A stretch of 49,869 nucleotides of DNA from Jimgerdemannia flammicorona (taxonomy: Eukaryota), in the NCBI GenBank assembly GCA_003990765.1, contig RBNJ01000030.1, forward strand, positions 1-49,869, in the 5' to 3' direction. Positions within the stretch are counted from its first letter, which is position 1; each line of letters starts with the position of its first letter. Of the stretch, positions 49,521 through 49,869 are shown one piece after another. The notes beneath the pieces were generated by a model, which did no database searches, was not told where the DNA came from, and was given only the letters and a program-made list of their open reading frames with translations. The translations under genes and the position numbers were made by a program.

Positions 49521-49869
49521 GGCTAGAGGGTTGCAGTGATTTACAGTTGAGTCTGGATCAGAGAGATACTATGAAGGTTGCTCGGTCTTGCCAAAGGTGT
49601 GGTGGGAGAGCAAGGTGCGTAGTTGGGGGGAGACCCTTCGAGGCTGGGGAGGCCGCCATATCTCTTTGGCAGGGCGGGTGTCGATCCTGAATGTGTATTG
49701 GTTCCCTAAGCTGTGGTATGTGGCGTATCATCTGGATTTTCCGGCATGGGTGGTGAAGAAGCTCGTAAAGGTGGCTAGGAATTGGATTTGGGCGGGGAGG
49801 AGGTCCCAGGTCAGTTGGGATACTCTGGCGAGACCGGTAGTCAGGGGAGGTCTTGGCCTGGTGGATTTC
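49521..49869 (+). mobile_element. 5'-truncated LINE (RT-downstream region) inserted in the hAT, runs off the window
   Basis: SLAGRVSILNVYWFPKLWYVAYHLDFPAWVVKKLVK..RGGLGLVDF is homologous to 19905-20112 and retains CpGs. Confidence 0.88.

Overview
Eukaryotic, most likely fungal DNA (spliceosomal GT..AG introns; Mucoromycota-like repeat content, which is an inference) dominated by nested, decayed transposons. It holds three copies of a Ty3/Gypsy family 'A' with a gag-ZnK-protease-Cys domain-dUTPase-RT-RNaseH polyprotein. One copy (13514-28145) is full length with ~1.5-kb LTRs and a 4-bp ATAT TSD, and is interrupted by a full-length L1/Tx1-like LINE. Also present: three fragments of a second Gypsy-like family 'B' (tRNA-Pro-type PBS), several truncated LINE tails, a DIRS/Ngaro-type tyrosine-recombinase remnant and an intron-containing hAT transposon. 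TE DNA is almost free of CpG and riddled with C>T/G>A stops. A central island (~29.3-39.2 kb) keeps its CpGs and holds degenerate host-type genes, including an LRR pseudogene and a ~300-bp tandem array that looks like repeated exon+intron units. The most notable signal is a ~288-codon accessory ORF inside the U3 of the long LTR of the dUTPase-bearing retrotransposon, reconstructable from three LTR copies, with a possibly separately encoded integrase. No rRNA, tRNA or CRISPR features were seen.
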